A program made the position numbers and the translations under genes. From Phycisphaerales bacterium (GTDB lineage: Bacteria > Planctomycetota > Phycisphaerae > Phycisphaerales > SM1A02), in the NCBI GenBank assembly GCA_018883105.1, contig VEQS01000001.1, positions 2,161 through 66,160 on the forward strand: a DNA stretch of 64,000 nt. The letters run 5' to 3'. Of this stretch, positions 17,944 to 26,410 are shown in pieces (within the stretch, counting starts at the first letter, position 1; each line of letters opens with the position of its first letter). The notes below the pieces were generated by a model. The model ran no database searches, was not told the origin of the DNA, and was given only the letters and a program-made list of their open reading frames with translations.

Positions 17944-18536
17944 CGACGACGCTCGCCCGGCGATGGATGGCGGCATGCGAGCGGCTCGGCGTGCAGCCGA
18001 AGCAGTTCGCCGTGCTGGTCGGTGCCACCGTGCTTGCGATCGGCGCGCTGGCCGCGCGTTCGTCGTTCACGGCCGGCAAGCGTGGCGGCGCCCCGCGTGC
18101 CGCCACGGCGACGTCCGCAACCGCCGGAAGCGCCGCCACCGCCGCGCCCGCGGCGCACGTCCGCCCCGCGACCACCGTCCGATGCGCACTGCAGTCGCGC
18201 CCGGCGCGCGACCCGTTCCGGACCTTCGTCGAGCTGCCCGGCGCCGTCTCAGGCGACGGGACGGCGGGGATGCCGCTTGCCGCCGCACCCGCGGGGCTCG
18301 TCCTCCGGGCCGTGATCGCGGGCGAGCTTGCCGTGATCGGCGAGCACACCGTCGGGATCGGCGGCACCGTCGCCGATTCGCAGGGCGGCGAGTGGACCGT
18401 CGAGTCGATCCGCGAGCGCGCGGTGGTCCTCTCCGACGGCGCCCGGCGCGCGCAGCTCGGATACGTCGCCGCGCCGCGTGCGGCGCGTGCCTCGGGCGCC
18501 AGGTCCGCCGCCGCGCGGGGAGGCGCCGGACGGTGA
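17940..18536 (+). CDS. PilP/GspC-like protein
   Basis: TM FAVLVGATVLAIGALAA, an Ala/Thr-rich linker, an RDPF motif, then a short beta-domain (LRAVIAGELAVIGEHTVGIGGTV....WTVESIRERAVVLSDG). ATGA overlap at 17940-17943. Confidence 0.55.
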   Translation: MTTTLARRWMAACERLGVQPKQFAVLVGATVLAIGALAARSSFTAGKRGGAPRAATATSATAGSAATAAPAAHVRPATTVRCALQSRPARDPFRTFVELPGAVSGDGTAGMPLAAAPAGLVLRAVIAGELAVIGEHTVGIGGTVADSQGGEWTVESIRERAVVLSDGARRAQLGYVAAPRAARASGARSAAARGGAGR

Positions 18537-20302
18537 GCCACCGAAGCGACGAGGGACCGGTCGGACGCGTCCGGCGCATCGCCGAGGACATCGACCTCGC
18601 CACGCTGCCGCCGCTCGGGCAGGTGCTGGTCTCGGACGGCATCGTCACGGCGGCGCAGCTGCGTGCGGCACTCGATGCACAGGTACGCGGCGGGCAGCGC
18701 ATGCTGCTCGGAGAAGTTCTGCTCCAGATGGGCTTCGTCGACCGCGGCACGCTGCTGCGTGCGGTGGCGAAGAGCCGCGGCATCGAGTTCGTCCCCGAGC
18801 CCGCCTCGGTGTTCGAGGAAGGCGCGATCGCGCTGGTGCCCGAGGCGATCCGCCGCGAGCACCGCGTCTGCCCGCTGTTCCTCGCCGGCAACGAGCTGGT
18901 GGTCGCCACCGCCGACCCGCAGAACTTCTTCGTGGAGGAGCTGGTGGCCCGCGAGACCGGCTTCCAGGTGCGCTTCGTGGCGTCGCCGGAGGAGAGGATC
19001 GACGCCCTCCTCAGCGACCCCGCACGCGCGGCCGCGCACGCCGCGCGCCAGGCCGAGGAACTGGTGGCCGACCTCTTCGACGGCACGTCGGAATCGGACC
19101 TCTCGCTCCAGGACGAGGCGGAGGCGGCCGCGGTCGATGCCGAGGACGCGGCGCCCGTCGTCAAGCTGGTGAACTTCATGATCTGCAGCGCCGCCGCCGA
19201 AGGCGCGAGCGACATCCACGTCGAGCCGGACGACGGCAGGATGCGGGTGCGCTACCGGATCGACGGCGTGCTGTTCCACCGGATGAGCCCGCCGCACCGC
19301 ATGCATGCCGCGATCGCCAGCCGCATCAAGATCATGGCGAAGCTCGACATCTCCGAGCGCCGCGTGCCGCAGGACGGCGAGATCTCGGTGCGCATCAAGG
19401 GACGCCCGGTCGAGCTGCGCGTCAGCACTCTGCCGGGGAAGTTCGGCGAGAAGATCGTCATGCGCATCGTCGACGTCTCGACGGCGAAGCTCGGGCTCGA
19501 GAAGCTCGGCTTCCGCCCGGAGATGCTCTCGCGCTTCCAGCGCGTCATCGACCAGCCCCACGGCGTGGTGCTGGTCACCGGCCCAACCGGCAGCGGCAAG
19601 AGCACCACGCTCTACTCCGTGCTCGGCACATTCGACACGGTGCAGCACAACGTGTCGACGGTCGAGGACCCGATCGAGGCGAACCTGGAGGGCGTGCACC
19701 AGGCGCAGGTCAACCCGCGCGCCGGGTTCACCTTCGCGGGCGCGCTGCGCGCCCTGCTCCGCCAGGATCCGGACATCATCATGGTGGGCGAGATCCGCGA
19801 CGGCGAGACCGCGCAGATCGCCGTGCAGGCGGCGCTCACCGGCCACCTGGTGCTGAGCACCCTGCACACCAACGACGCGCCGAGCTCGATCACGCGACTG
19901 GAGAACCTGGGCGTCGAGCCGTTCCTGGTCGCGGCGTCGCTGAAGGGCGTGCTCGCGCAGCGCCTGGTGCGGCGCGTCTGCCCGCAGTGCCGCGTCGAGT
20001 ACGCGCCGGACGCCCAGCAGCTGTCGGCGCTCGGCCGCCACGGCGAGGGATGCACCCGGCTCTGGAAGGGCGCCGGCTGCCGCCGCTGCCACGAGACGGG
20101 ACTCTCCGGCCGCGTCGGCGTCTACGAGCTGATGGTGCCCGACGAGGCGCTCATCGACGCCGTGTGTGCCGGTGCCGGCCCCGCACGCGTTCGCGAGGTG
20201 CTGCGCACCGGCGGCTTCGAGACCCTGTGGGACGACGGCATGCGCAAGGTCGTCGACGGGCTGACCACCATCGAGGAGATCTACGGTGCCTGCGGTCGCT
20301 GA
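18533..20302 (+). CDS. GspE/PilB-family secretion/pilus assembly ATPase
   Basis: N-terminal MshEN-like domain (LGQVLVSDGIVTAAQLRAALDAQ), Walker A GPTGSGKST, Asp box, Walker B DIIMVGEIRD, His box LVLSTLHTND, and tetracysteine CPQC...CRRC. GTG 18533 overlaps the upstream stop as GTGA. Confidence 0.92.
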   Translation: MSHRSDEGPVGRVRRIAEDIDLATLPPLGQVLVSDGIVTAAQLRAALDAQVRGGQRMLLGEVLLQMGFVDRGTLLRAVAKSRGIEFVPEPASVFEEGAIALVPEAIRREHRVCPLFLAGNELVVATADPQNFFVEELVARETGFQVRFVASPEERIDALLSDPARAAAHAARQAEELVADLFDGTSESDLSLQDEAEAAAVDAEDAAPVVKLVNFMICSAAAEGASDIHVEPDDGRMRVRYRIDGVLFHRMSPPHRMHAAIASRIKIMAKLDISERRVPQDGEISVRIKGRPVELRVSTLPGKFGEKIVMRIVDVSTAKLGLEKLGFRPEMLSRFQRVIDQPHGVVLVTGPTGSGKSTTLYSVLGTFDTVQHNVSTVEDPIEANLEGVHQAQVNPRAGFTFAGALRALLRQDPDIIMVGEIRDGETAQIAVQAALTGHLVLSTLHTNDAPSSITRLENLGVEPFLVAASLKGVLAQRLVRRVCPQCRVEYAPDAQQLSALGRHGEGCTRLWKGAGCRRCHETGLSGRVGVYELMVPDEALIDAVCAGAGPARVREVLRTGGFETLWDDGMRKVVDGLTTIEEIYGACGR

Positions 20303-21563
20303 ACGCCCCCTCGGAGCCCCGCGCAAGTGGGCCTACCGTGCCCGCCGCACCGAGGGCGGCGAGCTCGTCCGCGGCATCGTCGAGGCGGTCGACCACCCCG
20401 CGGCCGTGCGCGAGCTGCGCCGACAGGGGCTGGCGATCCTCTCGGTCGAGCTCGGGGACCGCGGTGCCGCCGTGGGCGAGGCGGACACCGGCGACCGCCG
20501 GCGCGCGCGGCTTGCCCGGTCGATGGGCAAGGACGACGTCGTCGCGTTTGCGCAGCAGCTCTCGGTGATGCTGAAGACGGGCGTGCCGCTCGCCGAGGCG
20601 CTCGAGACGTTCGCCGAGCAGGCGCCCCGGAAGGACATGGCGGAATTCGTCCGCCTGATCCGCACCGAGGTGTGCGAGGGCGAGGACTTCAGCGCCGTGC
20701 TGGGGAAGCACCCGCGCACCTTCCCCACGGTGCTGGTGTCCCTGATGCGTGCCGCCGAGGCATCCGGCAAGCTCGACGAGATGCTCGGGCGCGTGGCCAA
20801 GGACCTGGCAAAGAGCCGCAAGACCGCCCGGCAGGTGCGCGGCGCGATGACCTACCCCGCGATCATGATGGCCGTCGCGGTCATCGCGGTCGCGGTGATC
20901 ATGGTCTTCGTGCTGCCGAAGTTCGGGCCGCTCTTCAAGGCCCAGGGCGACCGCCTGCCCACGCCGACCAAGGCGCTCGTCTGGCTGAGCGGTTTCCTGA
21001 AGACCGGCTGGGCAATCTACGTGCCGGTGCTGCTTGCGCTCGCGGGCGGCACGTGGTGGTGGGCGCGCACCGAGGCGGGACGCGCCTCGATCGACACGGC
21101 CAAGCTCCGGATGCCGGTGCTGGGGCACATGTTCCGCTGCCTGTACCTGGTGCGCTTCTCGAGCACCATGGGATCGCTGATGGCCGCGGGCGTGCCGCTC
21201 GTCGAGATCGTCCGGATCTGCCGTGACGTCACGGGCAACGTGCACTACGAGCGCCTGTGGACCACCCTGGAGGAGCGGATCGAGAAGGGCCAGGAGATCG
21301 CACCGACCTTCCGCGAGTTCGACTTCGTGCCGCGCAACGTCGTGGCGATGATCGCCAGCGGCGAGAAGTCCGGCCGGCTTTCCGAGGTGCTCGACCACGC
21401 GGCCGCCGCCGCGGAGGACGACCTCGACATCGCCGTGAAGGGCGCCACCAGCCTGGTGGAGCCGATCATGATCGTCGGCATGGGCCTCGTGGTCGGCGGG
21501 ATCGCCGCGGCCATGCTGCTTCCCATCTTCAACATGTCGCGGGCCATGCGCCCCGGCGGCTGA
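20286..21563 (+). CDS. GspF/PilC-family inner-membrane platform protein
   Basis: About 425 aa with a duplicated T2SSF-type domain (FAQQLSVMLKTGVPLAEAL and FSSTMGSLMAAGVPLVEIV) and 3 TM segments. GTG start overlaps the gspE end by 17 nt. Confidence 0.9.
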   Translation: MPAVAERPLGAPRKWAYRARRTEGGELVRGIVEAVDHPAAVRELRRQGLAILSVELGDRGAAVGEADTGDRRRARLARSMGKDDVVAFAQQLSVMLKTGVPLAEALETFAEQAPRKDMAEFVRLIRTEVCEGEDFSAVLGKHPRTFPTVLVSLMRAAEASGKLDEMLGRVAKDLAKSRKTARQVRGAMTYPAIMMAVAVIAVAVIMVFVLPKFGPLFKAQGDRLPTPTKALVWLSGFLKTGWAIYVPVLLALAGGTWWWARTEAGRASIDTAKLRMPVLGHMFRCLYLVRFSSTMGSLMAAGVPLVEIVRICRDVTGNVHYERLWTTLEERIEKGQEIAPTFREFDFVPRNVVAMIASGEKSGRLSEVLDHAAAAAEDDLDIAVKGATSLVEPIMIVGMGLVVGGIAAAMLLPIFNMSRAMRPGG

Positions 21564-21570
21564 GCCACGC

Positions 21571-23343
21571 TCAGCGAACCCTCACCCGAACCGGGGCCGC
21601 GGCGGCTGCGGCGGTGACGCCGATGCGCAGCGTTCCCGTGCCGGCGGCGGCGTCCGCCTCGACCTCGGCCGGGGACCCATCGGCGCGGCGCGCCTCGAGC
21701 ACGACCTCGGCCCGCCCCCATCCCGGTCCTTCCCGAGGCAGGGCCACCGCCACGGCCCACGTGCCGGGGCCGATCACGCGCGCCTCGGGGGCCACGAGAC
21801 GCAGCGTCGCGCCCGGCGCCACCGACTCGACGACGAGCGTCGCGATCCGCGGCAGCGGTCCATCGACGTCCCCAAGCGGCCGAAGGTTGAGCGCCACGAG
21901 GGGCGGGGCCGAGCCCGTCCACGACAGGCTTGCCTCGTCCCAGCCCGCCGCGCGCGCGGTGATGCGGTGGGTGCCGCCGTCGGCGGGAAGGAGCACCACC
22001 GACGGGGAGATGCCGCGCGGCGCACCGTCGAGGAAGACCTCGGCGCCGGCGGGCGCCGTCACCACGCGGAGCTCCGAGATGGCCGCGGCGGGGATCGCCG
22101 GCGACGGCGACGTGGCCGGCGCGGACGCACGCTCCCGGGCGGGCGCCCCCCGGAGCCGGGCCACGAGGCCCAGCAGGTCGAGGATGCCCGTCGTGATCAT
22201 GATCGCCGTTGCCACCGCGACGATCGCCATGACCGGCAGCACCCATCCTCCGCGGCGCGCGCGCGTCGATCCGGCCGAGGCGGGCCGAGGCGCACCGGAC
22301 GTCCGCGTCGCCGGGCGCGCGCCGGCGACGGCCACGTCCGGATGCACGTCGACCGCGGGTCGCGACGTGCCGGCGGACCCCGTGGACATCCACGCGCGCA
22401 GCCGCGCGGCCAACGCGTTGGCGTCCTGCGGGCGGCGCGACGGCTCGCGCGCCACCGCCTCCATCACCACCTCGGCCAGGCGGTCGTCGAGCCGCGGGTT
22501 GCATTCACGAACGTCGGCCGGGTCGGTCTCGCACACGGCGCGCGCGGCCTCGTGGACCGGAAGCCCGCGCAGGTCGTGCGGCTGCACGCCGGTCAGCAGT
22601 TCGTAGAGGACGGCGCCCAGCGCGTACACGTCGCTGCGCGCGTCCACCATGCGCGGATCGGCGCGAAACTGCTCGGGGCTCATGTACTGCATGGTGCCCA
22701 CGAGCTGACCGGTCTCGGTGCGGACGGTGTTGATCGCCGGATCCGCCGCGATCGCGCGCGCGACGCCGAAGTCGATCACCTTGACGCGCCCGTGCCGGTC
22801 GACGAGGAGGTTCGGCGGCTTCACGTCGCGGTGGATGAAGCCCTCGCGGTGCGCGTGGCCGACGGCATCGCAGGCCTGCAGGAAGGTCTGCACGGTCTCG
22901 CGCACGCCGAGCCGCTCGCGGAACACGTGGTCGGCGAGGTTCTGCACGCCGTCGACGTGCTCCATCACGATGTAGGGCACGTCCACGTCGCCGTCCTGGA
23001 CGACGCCGGTCCGCAGCACCGAGGCGATGCCCGGGTGGCGCAGGCGCTCGAGCAGCCGGCCCTCGCGCTCGAATCGCCGCCGCACGCCCTCGTCCTGCTG
23101 AGTGCGCAGCAGCACCTTGATCGCCAAGCGCTCGCCGGATGCGACGTCGGTGCCGAGGTAGACGCGGCCCATGCCGCCGGATCCGAGGATGCGTTCGATG
23201 CGGACGCCGCCGAACTCGCGGCCGAGCAGCGGATCGAGCCGCCTCGACGCCTCGCGGGCGCCGGAGGCCGCGTCGTCACCGTCGCCGGGCTTCCATGCGA
23301 CCGTCGGGTCGGCATCCATGCGCGCGCGAGTGTACGAACGCAC
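21571..23343 (-). CDS. Ser/Thr protein kinase with TM and extracytoplasmic PEGA-like domain
   Basis: GSGGMGRVY...AIKVL, HRDVKPPNLLV, DFG and SPE motifs. TM WVLPVMAIVAVATAIMI. PEGA-like segment LRVVTAPAGAEVFLDGAPRGISP. The ORF-track start is GTG 23343; ATG 23319 is an alternative. Confidence 0.88.
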   Translation of the reverse strand: MRSYTRARMDADPTVAWKPGDGDDAASGAREASRRLDPLLGREFGGVRIERILGSGGMGRVYLGTDVASGERLAIKVLLRTQQDEGVRRRFEREGRLLERLRHPGIASVLRTGVVQDGDVDVPYIVMEHVDGVQNLADHVFRERLGVRETVQTFLQACDAVGHAHREGFIHRDVKPPNLLVDRHGRVKVIDFGVARAIAADPAINTVRTETGQLVGTMQYMSPEQFRADPRMVDARSDVYALGAVLYELLTGVQPHDLRGLPVHEAARAVCETDPADVRECNPRLDDRLAEVVMEAVAREPSRRPQDANALAARLRAWMSTGSAGTSRPAVDVHPDVAVAGARPATRTSGAPRPASAGSTRARRGGWVLPVMAIVAVATAIMITTGILDLLGLVARLRGAPARERASAPATSPSPAIPAAAISELRVVTAPAGAEVFLDGAPRGISPSVVLLPADGGTHRITARAAGWDEASLSWTGSAPPLVALNLRPLGDVDGPLPRIATLVVESVAPGATLRLVAPEARVIGPGTWAVAVALPREGPGWGRAEVVLEARRADGSPAEVEADAAAGTGTLRIGVTAAAAAAPVRVRVR

Positions 23344-23463
23344 CGTTCGGATCCCGGGTGGATGACCGGGTTATACGGACGGCATGGGTGCGGCGCGGCC
23401 CGGGCATCGGTGCCGCTCCGGGAAGTGTGAGGATCGCACGCCCGCCCTGCCGAAAACGACCGC

Positions 23464-23799
23464 ATGCCCCGACCTGCCCTGTTCGCGATCATGGCCGCCG
23501 CCGTCTACCTGCTCCTGCGCGGGGCGGGCATCGTCAACGACGGCACGTTCGTGGTGTGGGTGCAGGCCGCGCTCTTCGGCATCTTCCTCGTCGGCTGCGC
23601 CATGAGCGTCAAGGCGCAGAATGCGCTGTGGGCGGCGATCTTCGCCGCGCTCGCGATCGGCTGGAACCCGTGGGTGAAGCTCACCGCCTGGCACCAGCCG
23701 GTGCCGTGGGACAAGTGGGCCACCGCGATGAGCCTCCTGTGCGGCGCGACCGCGGGCGCGTTCGTCGTGCGCTACTGGGGCCGCAACGAGACGGCCTGA
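23464..23799 (+). CDS. Small hypothetical integral membrane protein (about 4 TM)
   Basis: 111 aa, hydrophobic helices throughout. No family recognised. It is the only plausible coding frame in this gap. Confidence 0.5.
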   Translation: MPRPALFAIMAAAVYLLLRGAGIVNDGTFVVWVQAALFGIFLVGCAMSVKAQNALWAAIFAALAIGWNPWVKLTAWHQPVPWDKWATAMSLLCGATAGAFVVRYWGRNETA

Positions 23800-24398
23800 A
23801 GCGCGGCCGCGCAGGCATCGACGAGCACCGGTTCCTCGGGGAGGTTGTGCTTGCCGTAGGCATCGCGCGGCGGCACGATGGTGCATCCGACGGACGCGAG
23901 CGTCCGCAGGTTCGACACCAGGATCGACGTGTGCATCGACCCGTGCATGGTGGGCGCGAGCACGACCGCGGCGTGGCCGCGTTCCATCCGCCCGATCGCC
24001 GAGGCGAGCGTGGCGGTGACCGGCGTGTCGGCGATGCCGTGCGCGCACTTGCCGATCACGCTGTAGGTGGCCGGGGCGACGAGGTAGAGGTCGAAGGGCG
24101 CCGAATCCGAGAGGTGCTCGGCGTCGGCGGTGAGCTCGACCACCACCGGCCGGTCGCACGCCCACGCCAGCGCCTCGCGCGCCACGTAGCGCAGCGCCTC
24201 GGTGGTGGCGAAGGCGGTGACGATGGCGCCCTGCCGCCGCAGCGCACGCGCCAGGATCGGCGCCCGGAACGCCGCGATGCCGCCCGTCACCAGGAGCGCC
24301 ACGCGCACGCCCTCGAGTCGGTCGCCGTCGCGCGGCACCTCGTGATCGCCGAGGTCGCTCGGGGTCGGGGGAGGGAAGTCGAACGCGTCGCCGTGCAT
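23772..24398 (-). CDS. Stand-alone HFCD-family flavoprotein (CoaC/EpiD-like)
   Basis: Flavodoxin-like start VALLVTGGIAAFRAP, and APATYSVIGKCAHGIAD (compare APATAN.I.K.A.G.AD). Start at ATG 24398 (MHGDAFDF). Confidence 0.7.
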   Translation of the reverse strand: MHGDAFDFPPPTPSDLGDHEVPRDGDRLEGVRVALLVTGGIAAFRAPILARALRRQGAIVTAFATTEALRYVAREALAWACDRPVVVELTADAEHLSDSAPFDLYLVAPATYSVIGKCAHGIADTPVTATLASAIGRMERGHAAVVLAPTMHGSMHTSILVSNLRTLASVGCTIVPPRDAYGKHNLPEEPVLVDACAAALQAVSLRPQ

Positions 24399-24445
24399 CG
24401 GGAACCCGATCCTACCGAACGAACCACCGATATCCTCCGACCTTC

Positions 24446-26410
24446 GTGAGCGGCACGGCAAGCGACGAGCATCCAGACGGCGCCTCCTGGCTGCGCCGGC
24501 ACTGGGACCTCGCCGAACCGGCGATCGCGGGTGCAGCGCTGCTGGCCGCCTGGCTCTGCGAGCGCGCCGGGCTCCCCGCCTGGCAATGGGGCACGCTCTA
24601 CGCGGCGAGCTACGCGGTGGCAGGACATGCCGCGCTGCTGGAGGGCCTGCGCGCGGCGCTGAGGCTGCGGCTCGACGTCGACTTCCTGATGGCCGTGGCC
24701 GCGATCGGCGCGGCGGCGATCGGCGGGTACGCCGAGGGCGCGATGCTCCTGGTGCTCTTCTCGCTCGGGCATGGGCTCGAGCACTACGCGATGGGCCAGG
24801 CGCGCAAGGCGATCCGCGCCCTCGGCCGCCTGACGCCGACGTCGGCCTGGGTGCGCCGCGGCGAGCGCTTCGAGGAGGTGCCGGTGGGAGTCGTCGCGGT
24901 GGGCGACACCGTGCGCGTGCGCCCCGGCGAGCGCGTGCCGATGGACGGCACCGTGGTCGCGGGCAGCGGCGCCATCGACCAGAGCCCGATCACGGGCGAA
25001 AGCGTGCCGGTCGAGAAGGCGCCGGGCGACGACGCCTTCGCGGGCACGCTCAACGGCGACGGGCTGCTCGAGGTGCGCGTCGGACGGCTGGCCGCCGACA
25101 GCACCGTCTCGCGGATGATCCGCCTCGTCGAGGAGGCGCAGGGGCAGAAGTCGACCACGCAGCGCTACGCCGAGCGATTCACGCGCGTCTACGTTCCCTG
25201 CGTCGTGGGCGCGACGGTCCTGATGTGGACCGTGCCGCCCGCCTTCGGGTGGCTGCCTTGGCAGGAGGCGTTCCTGCGCGCGATGACGCTCCTCGTCGGG
25301 GCTTCGCCGTGCGCACTCGCCATCAGCACCCCGGCCGCGGTGCTGGCGGGCGTGGCGCGCGCCGCGCGCGCGGGCATCCTGATCAAGGGCGGCGCGCATC
25401 TGGAGACGCTCGGCGCGATCCGCGCCTTCGCGATGGACAAGACCGGCACGCTCACCGTGGGCCGCCCGGCGGTGCGCGAGGTGGTCGCCCTCGGCGGCCA
25501 TGCGGAGTCCGACGTGCTCGCGCTCGCCGCCGCGCTGGAGGAGCACTCGACGCATCCGCTCGCGCACGCGGTGGTCGCAGCGGCGCGCGCGCGCGGCATC
25601 GCGTTCGAGCGCGCCTCCGACGCGCAGGCGATCCGCGGCAAGGGCATGTCCGGGACGGTCGGGGGGCGCGATGTCCGGCTCGGCGCGCTCCGGCTGTTCG
25701 ACGGACGCGACGGCGCGCCACGCTCGACGCCCGAGGCCGAGGCCGAGGTGCACCGGCTCGAGTCCCATGCCTGCACCGCGATGCTCGTCAGCCGCGACGG
25801 CGCGTTCGTCGGCGCGGTCGGCCTGATCGACGGCCCGCGGCCGGAGGCGAAGGCGGCGATCTCGGCGCTGCACGCACTCGGCGTGCGGCCCATCGTGATG
25901 CTCACCGGCGACAACCAGGCGGTGGGCGACGCGGTGGGCGGGCTCGTCGGCGTGGACGAGGTCCGCGCGTCCCTGATGCCCGAGATGAAGATCGAGGCCG
26001 TGCGCGGCCTGCTCGGCTCGCACGGCTCGGTGGCGATGGTGGGCGACGGCGTGAACGACGCCCCTGCCCTGGCGGCGGCCACCGTGGGGATCGCGATGGG
26101 CAAGTCCGGCACCGACGTGGCGCTCGAGGCCGCGGACGTCGCGCTGATGTCCGATGACCTGATGCGGCTGCCCTTCGCGGTGGGCATCAGCCGCGCTTCG
26201 CGCGCGATCGTCCGCCAGAACGTCACGATCTCGATGGGGATGGTGTTCATCCTCATCCCGCTTGCCGTCGCGGGCGCCATCCCGGTGTGGCTTGCCGTCA
26301 TCATGCACGAAGGCTCGACGGTCGCGGTCGTCCTCAACAGCCTGCGGCTGCTCGGCTACCGCGCGGGGGGCGCGCCGGCCGGGCGCGCGCCCCAGGTGCC
26401 GCCCGGATAA
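24446..26410 (+). CDS. Heavy-metal translocating P1B-type ATPase (SPC-motif type, no N-terminal metal-binding domain)
   Basis: TGES (ITGESVPVEK), SPC in TM (GASPCALAISTP), DKTGTLT, GDGVNDAPAL and HEGSTVAVVLNSLRLL. No CxxC in the N-terminal 100 aa. GTG start. Confidence 0.9.
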   Translation: MSGTASDEHPDGASWLRRHWDLAEPAIAGAALLAAWLCERAGLPAWQWGTLYAASYAVAGHAALLEGLRAALRLRLDVDFLMAVAAIGAAAIGGYAEGAMLLVLFSLGHGLEHYAMGQARKAIRALGRLTPTSAWVRRGERFEEVPVGVVAVGDTVRVRPGERVPMDGTVVAGSGAIDQSPITGESVPVEKAPGDDAFAGTLNGDGLLEVRVGRLAADSTVSRMIRLVEEAQGQKSTTQRYAERFTRVYVPCVVGATVLMWTVPPAFGWLPWQEAFLRAMTLLVGASPCALAISTPAAVLAGVARAARAGILIKGGAHLETLGAIRAFAMDKTGTLTVGRPAVREVVALGGHAESDVLALAAALEEHSTHPLAHAVVAAARARGIAFERASDAQAIRGKGMSGTVGGRDVRLGALRLFDGRDGAPRSTPEAEAEVHRLESHACTAMLVSRDGAFVGAVGLIDGPRPEAKAAISALHALGVRPIVMLTGDNQAVGDAVGGLVGVDEVRASLMPEMKIEAVRGLLGSHGSVAMVGDGVNDAPALAAATVGIAMGKSGTDVALEAADVALMSDDLMRLPFAVGISRASRAIVRQNVTISMGMVFILIPLAVAGAIPVWLAVIMHEGSTVAVVLNSLRLLGYRAGGAPAGRAPQVPPG

